A stretch of 64,000 nt of DNA, taken from contig JBAZHE010000001.1 in assembly GCA_041652555.1 (NCBI GenBank), positions 2,847 to 66,846 of the forward strand, written 5' to 3'. Both the position numbers and the translations under genes were made by a program. Positions 7,536 to 16,389 of this stretch are shown piece after piece. The notes beneath the pieces are model-generated. The model was not told the DNA's origin and searched no databases. It saw only the letters and a list, made by a program, of their open reading frames with translations. Numbering within the stretch: position 1 is the first letter of the stretch; every line of letters starts with the position of its first letter. The stretch comes from Patescibacteria group bacterium (lineage in GTDB: Bacteria; Patescibacteriota; Patescibacteriia; Patescibacteriales; WJLG01).

Positions 7536-10172
7536 ATGTCAGAAGAATTTGAAAAACAATATAATCCGTCTGACTATGAGGACACTGTCAATAAAGAATG
7601 GGAAGATTCGGGGTTTTTTAATCCGGATAATTTAAATTTGAGTGACAAGGCTGAGTCTTATACTATTGTTTTGCCTCCGCCGAATGTGACTGACAAATTG
7701 CATGTCGGGCACGCTTCTATGATTGCGATTGAAGATTTATTGATTCGTTATAAAAGAATGAATGGTTTTCGCGCTCTCTGGATTCCTGGCACTGATCACG
7801 CCGCCATTGCCACTCAAAACGTCGTAGAAAAAAGATTATTCAAAGAAACAGGAAAAACTCGCCACGACCTAGGGCGAGAAGATTTTTTAACCAAAGTCAA
7901 TGATTTTGCCTTAGGCACTCAAGAAACCATTTTAAACCAAATCAAAAAAATGGGCGCCTCTATGGATTGGTCACGCCTAGCTTTTACTTTGGACGAACAA
8001 CGCGGACAAGCTGTCAAAAAGATGTTTATTGATATGTATAACGACGGTATAATTTACCGCGGCGAACGCGTAGTCAACTGGTGCCCTCGCTGTCAATCAA
8101 CTCTGGCTGATGATGAAATTGAATACAGGGAACAAGCCACCAAGCTCTATACTTTTAAATATTCCGCCGATTTTCCAATAACCATTTCCACTACTCGCCC
8201 AGAAACAAAACTCGGTGATACCGCCGTGGCTGTTAACCCAAAAGATGAACGCTACAAAAAATATATCGGCCAAACTTTTAAAGTTGATTTTGTCGGTATA
8301 CCTTTGAATATAAAAATCATTACTGACATCGGAGTAGAAATGGAATTTGGCACTGGCGCTCTCGGTGTTACTCCAGCGCATTCCATGGTTGATTATCAAA
8401 TGTCTTTAAAAAATGATTTGGCAATGATAAAAGTCATTGATGAAAATGGCAAAATCCATAATGGTTTTGGAGAATATTCCAGCTTAAGCGTTGCTGAGGC
8501 ACGTGAAAAAGTTGTAGAAAATTTACGCACTCAAGGCTTAATGATTAAAGAAGAAGAAATACAAAATAATTTATCTGTTTGTTATCGCTGTGACACTGGC
8601 ATTGAACCAATTCCTTCCAAACAATGGTTTATTAATGTTGATAAAAAATTAGAACGCCTAGGCAACAAATCCTTAAAAGAAATTTCCCTAGAAGCGGCTG
8701 AAAAAAATGAAATAAACTTTACCCCCGAAAGATTTAAAAAAACCTATATTGACTGGATGAATAATTTGCACGACTGGTGCATCTCCCGCCAAATTTGGTA
8801 CGGACATCGCATTCCTGCTTGGTATAAAAAATCAAAGGGAGAAGTTTTTGTTGGTGAAAATGCACCAGAAGGAAATGACTGGACTCAAGATGAAGACACC
8901 CTAGATACTTGGTTCTCATCAGGTATGTGGACTTTTTCAACACTTGGTTGGCCGGATAATTTTAAAGATGGCAAAAAAATAAACGAACTAGCCAAATTTC
9001 ATCCAACACAACTTTTAGATACGGGCTCAGAAATTATTACTCTTTGGGTTTCTAGAATGATTTTGATGTCTTACTATGCTCTAGGAGAAAAACCATTCTC
9101 TAATGTTTATCTCCACGGTATGATTTTGGATGAAAAAGGTAAAAAAATGTCTAAGTCCAAAGGCAACGGCATTGATCCATTAGAAGTTATCGCTAAATAC
9201 GGCAACGACGCCTTACGCTTGGCTTTGCTCATCGGCTCAACCCCAGGAAATAACGCAAAAATGTCCTGGGAAAAAATTGAAGCCCAAAGAAATTTTGTTA
9301 ATAAACTTTGGAACATAGCCAGATATATAATTATAAATTATGAATTATTAATTATAAATGAAATTCCAGAGGTGAATGAAAAAGATTTAACAGCAGCCGA
9401 TGAATGGATTATTTATCAACTCAACACTCTAAAATTAGGCGTCATTGAAGACATTGATAATTTTTCTTTTTCTCAAGCTGGCGAAAAATTAATTGATTTT
9501 ATTTGGAATGATTTTGCTGATTGGTATTTAGAGGTTTGTAAATTTGAAAATGGTAATAGTAAAAAACCGATTTTAATTTATATTCTTAGGAGTATTTTAA
9601 AACTTTTACATCCTTTTGCTCCATTTGTAACTGAAGTAATATGGAAAAAATTTAACGCCTCCTTGTTGATGGTAGAAAAATATCCCGTAGCCGGATCTGG
9701 CGCCGGAGCTATTAAAGGAGGCTTTAATATAATAAAAAATATTGTTACGACCATTCGTAATGCTCGTAGTGAAAATAAAGTTGAGCCAGCTAAAAAAGTT
9801 GAGGCGATTATTTATGCTGGAGAAAATTTTGAATTAATCAAACAAAATGAGATAATAATAAAGAGTTTAAAAACTGGAATTAACGATTTGAAAATATTAA
9901 AAAAAGGCGAAAAAATTCCTGACGCCATTTATGTCGCCGTTGGTGAAATTGAGATATACTTAATAGGTGCGATTGATACAGCCAAAGAAAAAGCTCGTTT
10001 AGAAAAAGAAATTGCCAATCTAGAAAAATTTGTTTCCGCTTTGAATGGAAAATTATCCAACAAAGAATTCGCCGAAAAAGCCCCAGAAAAAGTAGTAACA
10101 ATTGAAAAAGAAAAATTAACCAAAGCCGAAACAGAATTATCAAAACTAAAAGAGCAACTACTTAAAATCTAA
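7536..10172 (+). CDS. valS: valine--tRNA ligase
   Basis: 878 aa with PPPNVTDKLHVGHA (HIGH), KMSKSKGN and a C-terminal coiled coil. Confidence 0.96.
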   Translation: MSEEFEKQYNPSDYEDTVNKEWEDSGFFNPDNLNLSDKAESYTIVLPPPNVTDKLHVGHASMIAIEDLLIRYKRMNGFRALWIPGTDHAAIATQNVVEKRLFKETGKTRHDLGREDFLTKVNDFALGTQETILNQIKKMGASMDWSRLAFTLDEQRGQAVKKMFIDMYNDGIIYRGERVVNWCPRCQSTLADDEIEYREQATKLYTFKYSADFPITISTTRPETKLGDTAVAVNPKDERYKKYIGQTFKVDFVGIPLNIKIITDIGVEMEFGTGALGVTPAHSMVDYQMSLKNDLAMIKVIDENGKIHNGFGEYSSLSVAEAREKVVENLRTQGLMIKEEEIQNNLSVCYRCDTGIEPIPSKQWFINVDKKLERLGNKSLKEISLEAAEKNEINFTPERFKKTYIDWMNNLHDWCISRQIWYGHRIPAWYKKSKGEVFVGENAPEGNDWTQDEDTLDTWFSSGMWTFSTLGWPDNFKDGKKINELAKFHPTQLLDTGSEIITLWVSRMILMSYYALGEKPFSNVYLHGMILDEKGKKMSKSKGNGIDPLEVIAKYGNDALRLALLIGSTPGNNAKMSWEKIEAQRNFVNKLWNIARYIIINYELLIINEIPEVNEKDLTAADEWIIYQLNTLKLGVIEDIDNFSFSQAGEKLIDFIWNDFADWYLEVCKFENGNSKKPILIYILRSILKLLHPFAPFVTEVIWKKFNASLLMVEKYPVAGSGAGAIKGGFNIIKNIVTTIRNARSENKVEPAKKVEAIIYAGENFELIKQNEIIIKSLKTGINDLKILKKGEKIPDAIYVAVGEIEIYLIGAIDTAKEKARLEKEIANLEKFVSALNGKLSNKEFAEKAPEKVVTIEKEKLTKAETELSKLKEQLLKI

Positions 10173-10196
10173 AATTACGATTTGAGATTTACTGCT

Positions 10197-10607
10197 ATGA
10201 CTTTGAAAAACTATTTAATCCTAATGTCTACAATGACAGTTATCTGTCTGGGTGTTTTTGTTTCTGTTCTTTTGATTATTGATCCATTTTCCACTAATTA
10301 CATCGGTTTTATTTTATTTTATATCTCTCTTTTTTTAGCACTCTCCGGAGTCTTTTCTTTGCTCGGATTTTTTGCTCGCTTTATTCTTTTCCGCCAAGCT
10401 TTAGTTTTCCGTTTAGTCGCTGACGCTTTCCGTCAAGCAATTCTTTTATCCTTAACACTCTGCGCTGCCCTCTTTCTCCTCTCCCGCGACCTTTTCAATT
10501 GGCTTAATTTCATTCTACTTTTAGGTGTTGCTGTCATCCTAGAATACATCCTTTTATCAGGCAACCGCCCTCGCCGCTACCGCACACCAGTAATAGATGA
10601 AAATTAA
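10197..10607 (+). CDS. small integral membrane protein
   Basis: Four predicted hydrophobic helices. ATG 10197 is preferred to TTG 10182. Confidence 0.55.
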   Translation: MTLKNYLILMSTMTVICLGVFVSVLLIIDPFSTNYIGFILFYISLFLALSGVFSLLGFFARFILFRQALVFRLVADAFRQAILLSLTLCAALFLLSRDLFNWLNFILLLGVAVILEYILLSGNRPRRYRTPVIDEN

Positions 10608-10640
10608 AATTAATTTTTAGAATAACTATTTACACCCAAA

Positions 10641-10690
10641 AACACACCCCGTCGCGGATTACCGCGCCACCCCTCTTGCTAGAGGGGATT
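10641..10690 (-). repeat. GC-rich double-hairpin repeat, copy A (inverted orientation)
   Basis: Reverse complement: AATCCCCTCTAGCAAGAGGGGTGGCGCGGTAATCCGCGACGGGGTGTGTT. Confidence 0.85.
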
Positions 10691-10703
10691 AAAAGTTAAT
10701 TAT

Positions 10704-11732
10704 ATGAAAGAAAAATTGGAAAATTTAAAAAAAGAAATTTTGGAACAGCTTGGTAAAATAGCTGACGGCCAAGCTTTGCAAGATTTTGAAAATAAATACC
10801 TTTCCCGAAAAGGTGAAATTTCTAGTATCTTGCGTGGCCTTAAAGACTTAGGCGACAAAGAAAAAAAGGAAATCGGTGAATTAGCCAACAGCATAAAAAC
10901 TGATGTTTATTCAGAGTTTGAAAAAATCAAAACAACCATTTCTGGACAAAAAACAGCCGACGCCTCCCTAGACGTCACCCTGCCTGGCAAAAAAATCCCA
11001 GCCGGTCATATGCACCCTCTCTCACAAGTGCAATACGAACTAGAAGACCTTTTTACTTCTATGGGTTTTATGGTTTTGGATGGACCAGAGTTAGAAAGTG
11101 ATTATTATAATTTTGAAGCTTTAAATATTCCCAAAACTCACCCCGCTCGCGACATGCAAGACACTTTTTATATTGATAAAAAGAATGACGATGGCGAATA
11201 TGATTTATTAATGAGAACTCATACTTCCCCGGTCCAAATTCGCGCGATGCAAAAATACGGTGCGCCTCTTAAAGCGATTATTCCCGGACGTTGTTTTCGC
11301 TCGGAAGCGACTGATGCCCGCCATGAACACACGCTATATCAGATGGAAGGAATTTTGATTGATAAAGATATTAATTTTTCTCACCTTAAAGGAGTTTTAG
11401 AATTAGTTGGAAAAAAATTATTCGGCCCAGAAACCAAATTGCGGATGCGCCCAAAATTCTATCCATTTGTTGAGCCAGGCACAAACGGCGAATATACTTG
11501 TTCATTATGTGGCGGCAAAGGTTGCCGAGTCTGCAAAAATTCCGGCTGGCTAGAAGTAATCGGCGCCGGCCTAATCCACCCCGAAGTCCTACGTGCTGGT
11601 GGCCTTGATCCAGAAATCTACTCCGGCTTCGCCTTCGGTTTCGGCCTATCTCGCCTAGCCCAATTAAAATACGGAATCGACGACGCCCGTTTGGCTTTAA
11701 GCGGAGACATTCGTTTCCTTTCTCAATTTTAA
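10704..11732 (+). CDS. pheS: phenylalanine--tRNA ligase alpha subunit
   Basis: Class II core with HPARDMQDTFY, RTHTSPVQIR and FRSEATDARHEHTLYQMEG. Confidence 0.95.
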   Translation: MKEKLENLKKEILEQLGKIADGQALQDFENKYLSRKGEISSILRGLKDLGDKEKKEIGELANSIKTDVYSEFEKIKTTISGQKTADASLDVTLPGKKIPAGHMHPLSQVQYELEDLFTSMGFMVLDGPELESDYYNFEALNIPKTHPARDMQDTFYIDKKNDDGEYDLLMRTHTSPVQIRAMQKYGAPLKAIIPGRCFRSEATDARHEHTLYQMEGILIDKDINFSHLKGVLELVGKKLFGPETKLRMRPKFYPFVEPGTNGEYTCSLCGGKGCRVCKNSGWLEVIGAGLIHPEVLRAGGLDPEIYSGFAFGFGLSRLAQLKYGIDDARLALSGDIRFLSQF

Positions 11733-11789
11733 AATTTATTCACTAGAAACTAAAAATTGTTTAAAAATTGAAAATTAAAAATTATTTGT

Positions 11790-14225
11790 ATGTATTTATC
11801 CCTAAATTGGCTTAAAGATTTCATAAATCTGCCAAAAAACATTAAACCGGAGGAAATTGGTGAAAAACTTACCAACCATACCGTAGAAGTTGAAAAAATA
11901 GAAAAACAGTCCGACCGCTTCAAGAATATTGTAGTTGGGAGGGTTTTGGAGGTCAAAAAGCATCCAAATTCCGATCATCTTAATTTAACCAAAGTTGATA
12001 TAGGGCTAAAAGAACCTCTAGATATCGTCTGCGGAGCGTCTAATGTGGCCGCCAAACAACTTGTTCCTGTGGCTATAATCGGCGCCGAATTGCCAAACGG
12101 AATGAAGATTGAAGAACGCGAAGTCCGCGGTGAAAAATCTTTTGGTATGATTTGCGCCGAAGACGAGCTAGGTTTGGGCGAAGGTCATGATGGGATAATG
12201 GTTTTGGAAAAAGCTAAAGTCGGGCAAGACTTTGGAGAATATTTAAAATTAGACGATATTATTTTGGAAGTTGATAACAAGAGCCTTTCTAATCGTCCCG
12301 ATCTTTGGGGACATCTTGGTATTGCCAGAGAGTTAGCAGTTATTTTAGAAACTAAAACAACTGGTGAATTTAAAAATATTTTTGAAACCAAACTAGCCAA
12401 CAACGATAAGGCAGAAAAAATTGCCGTAAAAGTTGAGGACGAAACTCTTTGCCCTCGTTATATGGCTATAAAAATAACCGGCCTAGAAATAAAAGATTCT
12501 CCAGAATGGTTGCAAAAAAGATTATCCGCCGTTGGTATGCGTCCGATAAATAATATTGTAGACGCAACTAATTATGTAATGTTGGAATTAGGCCAACCGC
12601 TACACGCCTTTGACGCAGAAAAAACCAAAAAAATAATTGTTCGTCGTGCCAAGAATGGAGAAAGTATAAAAACTTTAGACGGCCTAGATAGAAAACTAGA
12701 CGACAATATGCTAGTTATCGCCGACGATGAAAAATCCGTAGCCATCGCCGGAGTTATGGGTTCTGAAAATTCTGAAATAAGCAACGACACAAAAAATATT
12801 ATTCTTGAAGCAGCAAATTTCAATGCTTCATCAGTTAGAAAAACTTCTACAAAATTATCTTTGCGTACCGAAGCCTCAATGCGTTTTGAAAAATCACTTG
12901 ACCCAGCTCTTTGCCCAATAGCTCTAGCTCGTGCTCTAGAAATTATCAAAAAAACTTGCCCAGAAGCAAAGATAGACAGCCAAGTCACTGACATAAATAA
13001 TTATTTGGCCGAGCCAACTGTTTTAGAAATAAATCTAACTTGGATTTCTCAACGTTTAGGTGAAGACTTAGGCAAGAAAAAAATAATAAAAATTTTAGAC
13101 AGCCTCGGTTTCAAAGTGGAATCAATTTCCGCTCACGTTATAAAAGTTTCTATTCCCTCTTGGCGAGCCACTAAAGATATAAAAATCAAAGAAGATGTTT
13201 TAGAAGAAATTGTTCGTATTTACGGATATAACAATATAAAAACTCAGACACCTTCGGTCACTATGGAAGCGCCTCAACCAAACGAAGAAAGACTTTTTGA
13301 ACGCACGGTAAAAAATATTTTAACCAGCGGAGCAATGGCCACAGAGACATTGAATTATTCTTTCTTAAACGAAGAAAAAATGACCAAGCTAAAAATGTCT
13401 AGCCAAGGATTAATAAAACTAGCCAACCCGATTTCCAATCTACACACTCATTTGCGCGCTGATTTGTTTCCTAATATCTTAGATAATATAAAAATAAATC
13501 AAGCCAAAAACGAAGCTCTATCTTTTTTTGAAATCGGTTCAATTTTTGCCGACACCACTGGCACAATAAACAAAAATCAAAACTCCGGAGAATATCTACC
13601 CTACCAAGAAAAACACTTAGCCTTAGTTGCTGCCGAAGGCTCTGCTCGCGATGCTTACGACAAAATAAAAGGGCAATTTGAATACCTTATAAAGCGTTTA
13701 AATTTTTCTACTTGGAATTTTTCCGCTTCTTTGTCCGGACAAGCGCCAGAGTGGGCAGAAAAAGGAACCTATGCTAATGTTCTAGCAGGGGATTCGGAAT
13801 TGGGGTTTGTCGGATTAATTAGCCGTGAGATTGCCTCCGGTCTTGGATTAAAAAAATCCGTAGCTGTGTTAGAAATAAATTTTACTAAATTATTTTCACT
13901 TTATCAGTCATTGCCTTCTAAGGTTTATAATAAACCAAATAAATATCCGGCTGTGGAACGTGATTTAGCTTTTGTGGTTGATGCTAAAGTTTTGTATATT
14001 GATATCAAAGAGGTGATAGAAAAATTTAGTTCGTTGATCAAAAAAGTTGAATTATTTGATATTTACGAAGGAGAAAAATTAGGCAATGATTTGAAAAGTT
14101 TAGCTTTTCATATTGATTATGAGTCAGTGGACAAGACTTTAACAACCAGTGAAGTAGATGAATTACAAAAAGGCTTAATTAAAAAGCTAGAAGAAAAATT
14201 CGAAGCCAAAATAAGAAATTTTTAA
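11790..14225 (+). CDS. pheT: phenylalanine--tRNA ligase beta subunit
   Basis: 811 aa with an N-terminal tRNA-binding domain (VGRVLEVKKHPNSDHL), B3/4 and B5 regions and a C-terminal FDX-ACB-like region. It directly follows pheS. Confidence 0.95.
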   Translation: MYLSLNWLKDFINLPKNIKPEEIGEKLTNHTVEVEKIEKQSDRFKNIVVGRVLEVKKHPNSDHLNLTKVDIGLKEPLDIVCGASNVAAKQLVPVAIIGAELPNGMKIEEREVRGEKSFGMICAEDELGLGEGHDGIMVLEKAKVGQDFGEYLKLDDIILEVDNKSLSNRPDLWGHLGIARELAVILETKTTGEFKNIFETKLANNDKAEKIAVKVEDETLCPRYMAIKITGLEIKDSPEWLQKRLSAVGMRPINNIVDATNYVMLELGQPLHAFDAEKTKKIIVRRAKNGESIKTLDGLDRKLDDNMLVIADDEKSVAIAGVMGSENSEISNDTKNIILEAANFNASSVRKTSTKLSLRTEASMRFEKSLDPALCPIALARALEIIKKTCPEAKIDSQVTDINNYLAEPTVLEINLTWISQRLGEDLGKKKIIKILDSLGFKVESISAHVIKVSIPSWRATKDIKIKEDVLEEIVRIYGYNNIKTQTPSVTMEAPQPNEERLFERTVKNILTSGAMATETLNYSFLNEEKMTKLKMSSQGLIKLANPISNLHTHLRADLFPNILDNIKINQAKNEALSFFEIGSIFADTTGTINKNQNSGEYLPYQEKHLALVAAEGSARDAYDKIKGQFEYLIKRLNFSTWNFSASLSGQAPEWAEKGTYANVLAGDSELGFVGLISREIASGLGLKKSVAVLEINFTKLFSLYQSLPSKVYNKPNKYPAVERDLAFVVDAKVLYIDIKEVIEKFSSLIKKVELFDIYEGEKLGNDLKSLAFHIDYESVDKTLTTSEVDELQKGLIKKLEEKFEAKIRNF

Positions 14226-14234
14226 AGTTTGTTT

Positions 14235-14600
14235 ATGCAAGAAATAAAAAAAATTAAAAAATTATCCCTCGCTAATATTGTTGGCCCGATATATGCTGTC
14301 ATTGGTTTTTTGTCGTCTTTCGGATTTTCTTTTTATTCTCTGATAAAATTCGCTGTTGGCAAAAATATAGATAGAACTTTTTTTGTTTGGTTTTTTTCTA
14401 CTCTTGGTTTAGGCATTCTAATTTCTTTAGCCACTGCGCTAGCTGTCGGAGTGTTGGGCTGGATAATGGGAATTTTAATCGCCGGGTTTTATAATTTTTT
14501 CGCTCGAGAAATCGGTGGGATAAAAATTGAATTAGGAGAAGAAATTATTAAATCAAAAAATATAATAGAAACTAAAAATAACGAGCTTTTTAAATATTAA
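14235..14600 (+). CDS. small membrane protein
   Basis: Hydrophobic helices are present. ATG 14235 is preferred to TTG 14229. Confidence 0.5.
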   Translation: MQEIKKIKKLSLANIVGPIYAVIGFLSSFGFSFYSLIKFAVGKNIDRTFFVWFFSTLGLGILISLATALAVGVLGWIMGILIAGFYNFFAREIGGIKIELGEEIIKSKNIIETKNNELFKY

Positions 14601-14610
14601 CTTTACTTTT

Positions 14611-14919
14611 ATGTTTTCAACTAGCCAAGACATTCTTTTTTTAGTTATCGCCACCTGTGTGGCTGCCTTTACAATTTTTTCTTGCTGGGGACTGTTTTAT
14701 TTCGTCGGCATACTTCGCAATAGTTTTAAAGTAAGCCGTGATGCCCGTCGGATAATTGAAAAAGCGGAAGGAATTTTGGATGCTTTAAAAGAAAAAATAA
14801 ATTCCTCAGCTTCTTACCTTTTTTTAATCGGCGAAGCGTTGAAAAAAATAGTAGAAGTCACTAAAGATTTTCGCGACAAGAAAAATTCAAAGAAGAAGGA
14901 CAAAGAGAGTGAAGAATAA
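14611..14919 (+). CDS. small membrane-anchored protein with Lys-rich tail
   Basis: One N-terminal TM helix and an ATG start. Confidence 0.5.
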   Translation: MFSTSQDILFLVIATCVAAFTIFSCWGLFYFVGILRNSFKVSRDARRIIEKAEGILDALKEKINSSASYLFLIGEALKKIVEVTKDFRDKKNSKKKDKESEE

Positions 14920-14944
14920 TTTAAAACTATTTGCTTGCCGGAAC

Positions 14945-14973
14945 GAGATTGCCACGCTTCGCTCGCAATGACA
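14945..14973 (+). repeat. solo arm of second repeat family (GAGATTGCCACGCTTCGCTCGCAATGACA)
   Basis: It matches the right arm at 57846-57873 (GATTTCTCGCTTCGCTCGAAATGAC). It ends 4 nt before the ATG at 14978. Confidence 0.6.
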
Positions 14974-14977
14974 ATTT

Positions 14978-15553
14978 ATGTTGAACAGAAAATTTATAAG
15001 CAAACTAAGAGACGATTACCAAAAATCACAATCAGAAAGACGACAAATAATTTCTATCTCCAGTGGCATACTAAGTGATTCCAAAAAAACCATTTTTGCC
15101 TTGCATCGTGGAGAAATAAAAACCGCCGAAGAAAATTTTGCTGCCATTGAAGAATCTTTGAAAAAAATGGAAAAAAGCTTTGGCTTTAATAGAAACGAAG
15201 ATGAAGGTTCATACAAAGCCGCCGTAGAAGAATATGTAGAAGCAAAAATGTTTTATTATTTCTTGGCCGGAAAAAAAATAGACAAAATCCCTGAAGTAAA
15301 ACTAGATTTTGATAGCTATGTTGGCGGTATCTGTGACTTCACTGGCGAAATGGTTCGCTACGCCACCAATCAATCGGCTGCTGGAAACTTTAAAAAAGCC
15401 GCTGAAGTAAAAGAAGTAATAAACTTAGTCATCGGAGAATTAATTGATTTCGACCTCGGAGGATATTTGCGCACCAAATACGACCAATGCCGATCTAACC
15501 TAAGAAAAATAGAAGAAATGGCTTATGAGATAAAATTAAAAACCGGAAAATAA
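14978..15553 (+). CDS. translin/TRAX (C3PO-like) family protein
   Basis: EEYVEAKMFYYF aligns with human TRAX QEYVEAVSFQHF. DSYVGGICDFTGEMVRYATNQSAAGN aligns with TRAX [26 protein letters not shown]. The C-terminal LRTKYDQ...LRKIEEMAYEIKLK aligns with translin LRKRYD...VKKVEEVVYDLSIR. Confidence 0.8.
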   Translation: MLNRKFISKLRDDYQKSQSERRQIISISSGILSDSKKTIFALHRGEIKTAEENFAAIEESLKKMEKSFGFNRNEDEGSYKAAVEEYVEAKMFYYFLAGKKIDKIPEVKLDFDSYVGGICDFTGEMVRYATNQSAAGNFKKAAEVKEVINLVIGELIDFDLGGYLRTKYDQCRSNLRKIEEMAYEIKLKTGK

Positions 15554-15567
15554 TCATAAAAAAATGA

Positions 15568-15599
15568 AGCACCGCTGATACACAGGCGGTGCTTTTTTT
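15568..15599. terminator. bidirectional rho-independent terminator
   Basis: Stem AGCACCGC/GCGGTGCT flanked by an A-run on the 5' side and a T-run on the 3' side. It lies between the convergent genes 14978..15553 (+) and 15640..15942 (-). Confidence 0.75.
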
Positions 15600-15639
15600 G
15601 CAGGCAGACTCCTCTGGAGTCCACGGCGTCTAAAACAAA

Positions 15640-15942
15640 CTAAACAAATGGATGAAATCTCTCCCATTCCCGAACTTTTTTCCATTGCTCACGGCCTTTC
15701 CACTTTGGACCAAAATCATAAATTTCTTCATACGGCGGTGGCACAGGAATCAACTTCTCTATTTTTTTTCTGCTTCTAAAATTTTGGTTAATGATGCTGG
15801 CATCGGTTGATTTTGATTTATTTTTTTCAATAGAATTTTCTGGTTTGGGGGTGGGAGTGGATTTAGAGGAATTTTGAGAGAAAGAGAGGGGGGGGAAAAG
15901 AAGAATAGTGAGAATAAATAAAATGAACAAAAAAAGTTTCAT
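15640..15942 (-). CDS. small secreted protein (100 aa)
   Basis: Signal-peptide-like N-terminus MKLFLFILFILTILLFPPLSFSQ, with AGGAGG 6 nt upstream of the ATG. Confidence 0.6.
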   Translation of the reverse strand: MKLFLFILFILTILLFPPLSFSQNSSKSTPTPKPENSIEKNKSKSTDASIINQNFRSRKKIEKLIPVPPPYEEIYDFGPKWKGREQWKKVREWERFHPFV

Positions 15943-16038
15943 AGAGCCTCCTCGGAAGAAGAGATTTAAAAAAAATCTAAGCCCTTGCGGGCGTCCCTTT
16001 CGGGATTACTACTTTTAAACTACAACCTTGCCGGTTTT

Positions 16039-16067
16039 TTGTCAACAGTGGCAAAATGAGGTAAAAT
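16039..16067 (+). promoter_or_regulatory. candidate promoter (TTGTCA-17-TAAAAT)
   Basis: Read directly. It lies about 40 nt upstream of the ATG at 16106. Confidence 0.4.
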
Positions 16068-16105
16068 ATAGTATTGTCTAATAATAAAAATATTAACCAA
16101 AATTT

Positions 16106-16315
16106 ATGGAAGAGCAACAATTTCAAGCTCAGCCGGAAGTAAAGCCGAAATCCGGTTTAGCCAAAGTCATTATTATTAACGTGATAATCACCTTAATAAT
16201 TTCGGCCGTGATGAGTTTTATAATCTCCTCTATGGTTTTCAGTCAGAAGTTTTCTGATTTAGAAACATTACAAAAAAAGCTAGACGCTTTTTCAAATAAA
16301 ATAAAAATAAATTAA
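16106..16315 (+). CDS. small single-TM protein (69 aa)
   Basis: ATG-initiated ORF with one hydrophobic helix. Confidence 0.5.
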   Translation: MEEQQFQAQPEVKPKSGLAKVIIINVIITLIISAVMSFIISSMVFSQKFSDLETLQKKLDAFSNKIKIN

Positions 16316-16386
16316 TCCCCTCTAGAAAGAGGGGTGGCTGGACCCAACGGGTCGCCTTTGGCGTACTCCGAGACGGAGTGTGTTTT
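16314..16386 (+). repeat. GC-rich double-hairpin repeat, copy B (expanded)
   Basis: AATCCCCTCTAGAAAGAGGGGTGGC[TGGACCCAACGGGTCGCCTTTGGC]GTACTCCGAGACGGAGTGTGTT. It starts inside the TAA stop of the upstream gene and ends 4 nt before the uvrB ATG. Confidence 0.85.
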
Positions 16387-16389
16387 TTT

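Noticed and set aside
12572-12994. Long antisense ORFs inside pheT (12572..12994), frr (48062..48460), queA (62563..62949), the methyltransferase gene (5665..6024), valS (8097..8399, 9880..10143), iscS (20098..20391) and rpsA (63471..63971)
   Set aside because: Each is fully nested antisense to a strongly supported conserved gene. They have no RBS or family resemblance and are typical chance ORFs.
16378-16389. Upstream start for uvrB (MCFFM...)
   Set aside because: It lies inside repeat copy [18 protein letters not shown] from ATG 16390 matches the usual UvrB N-terminus.
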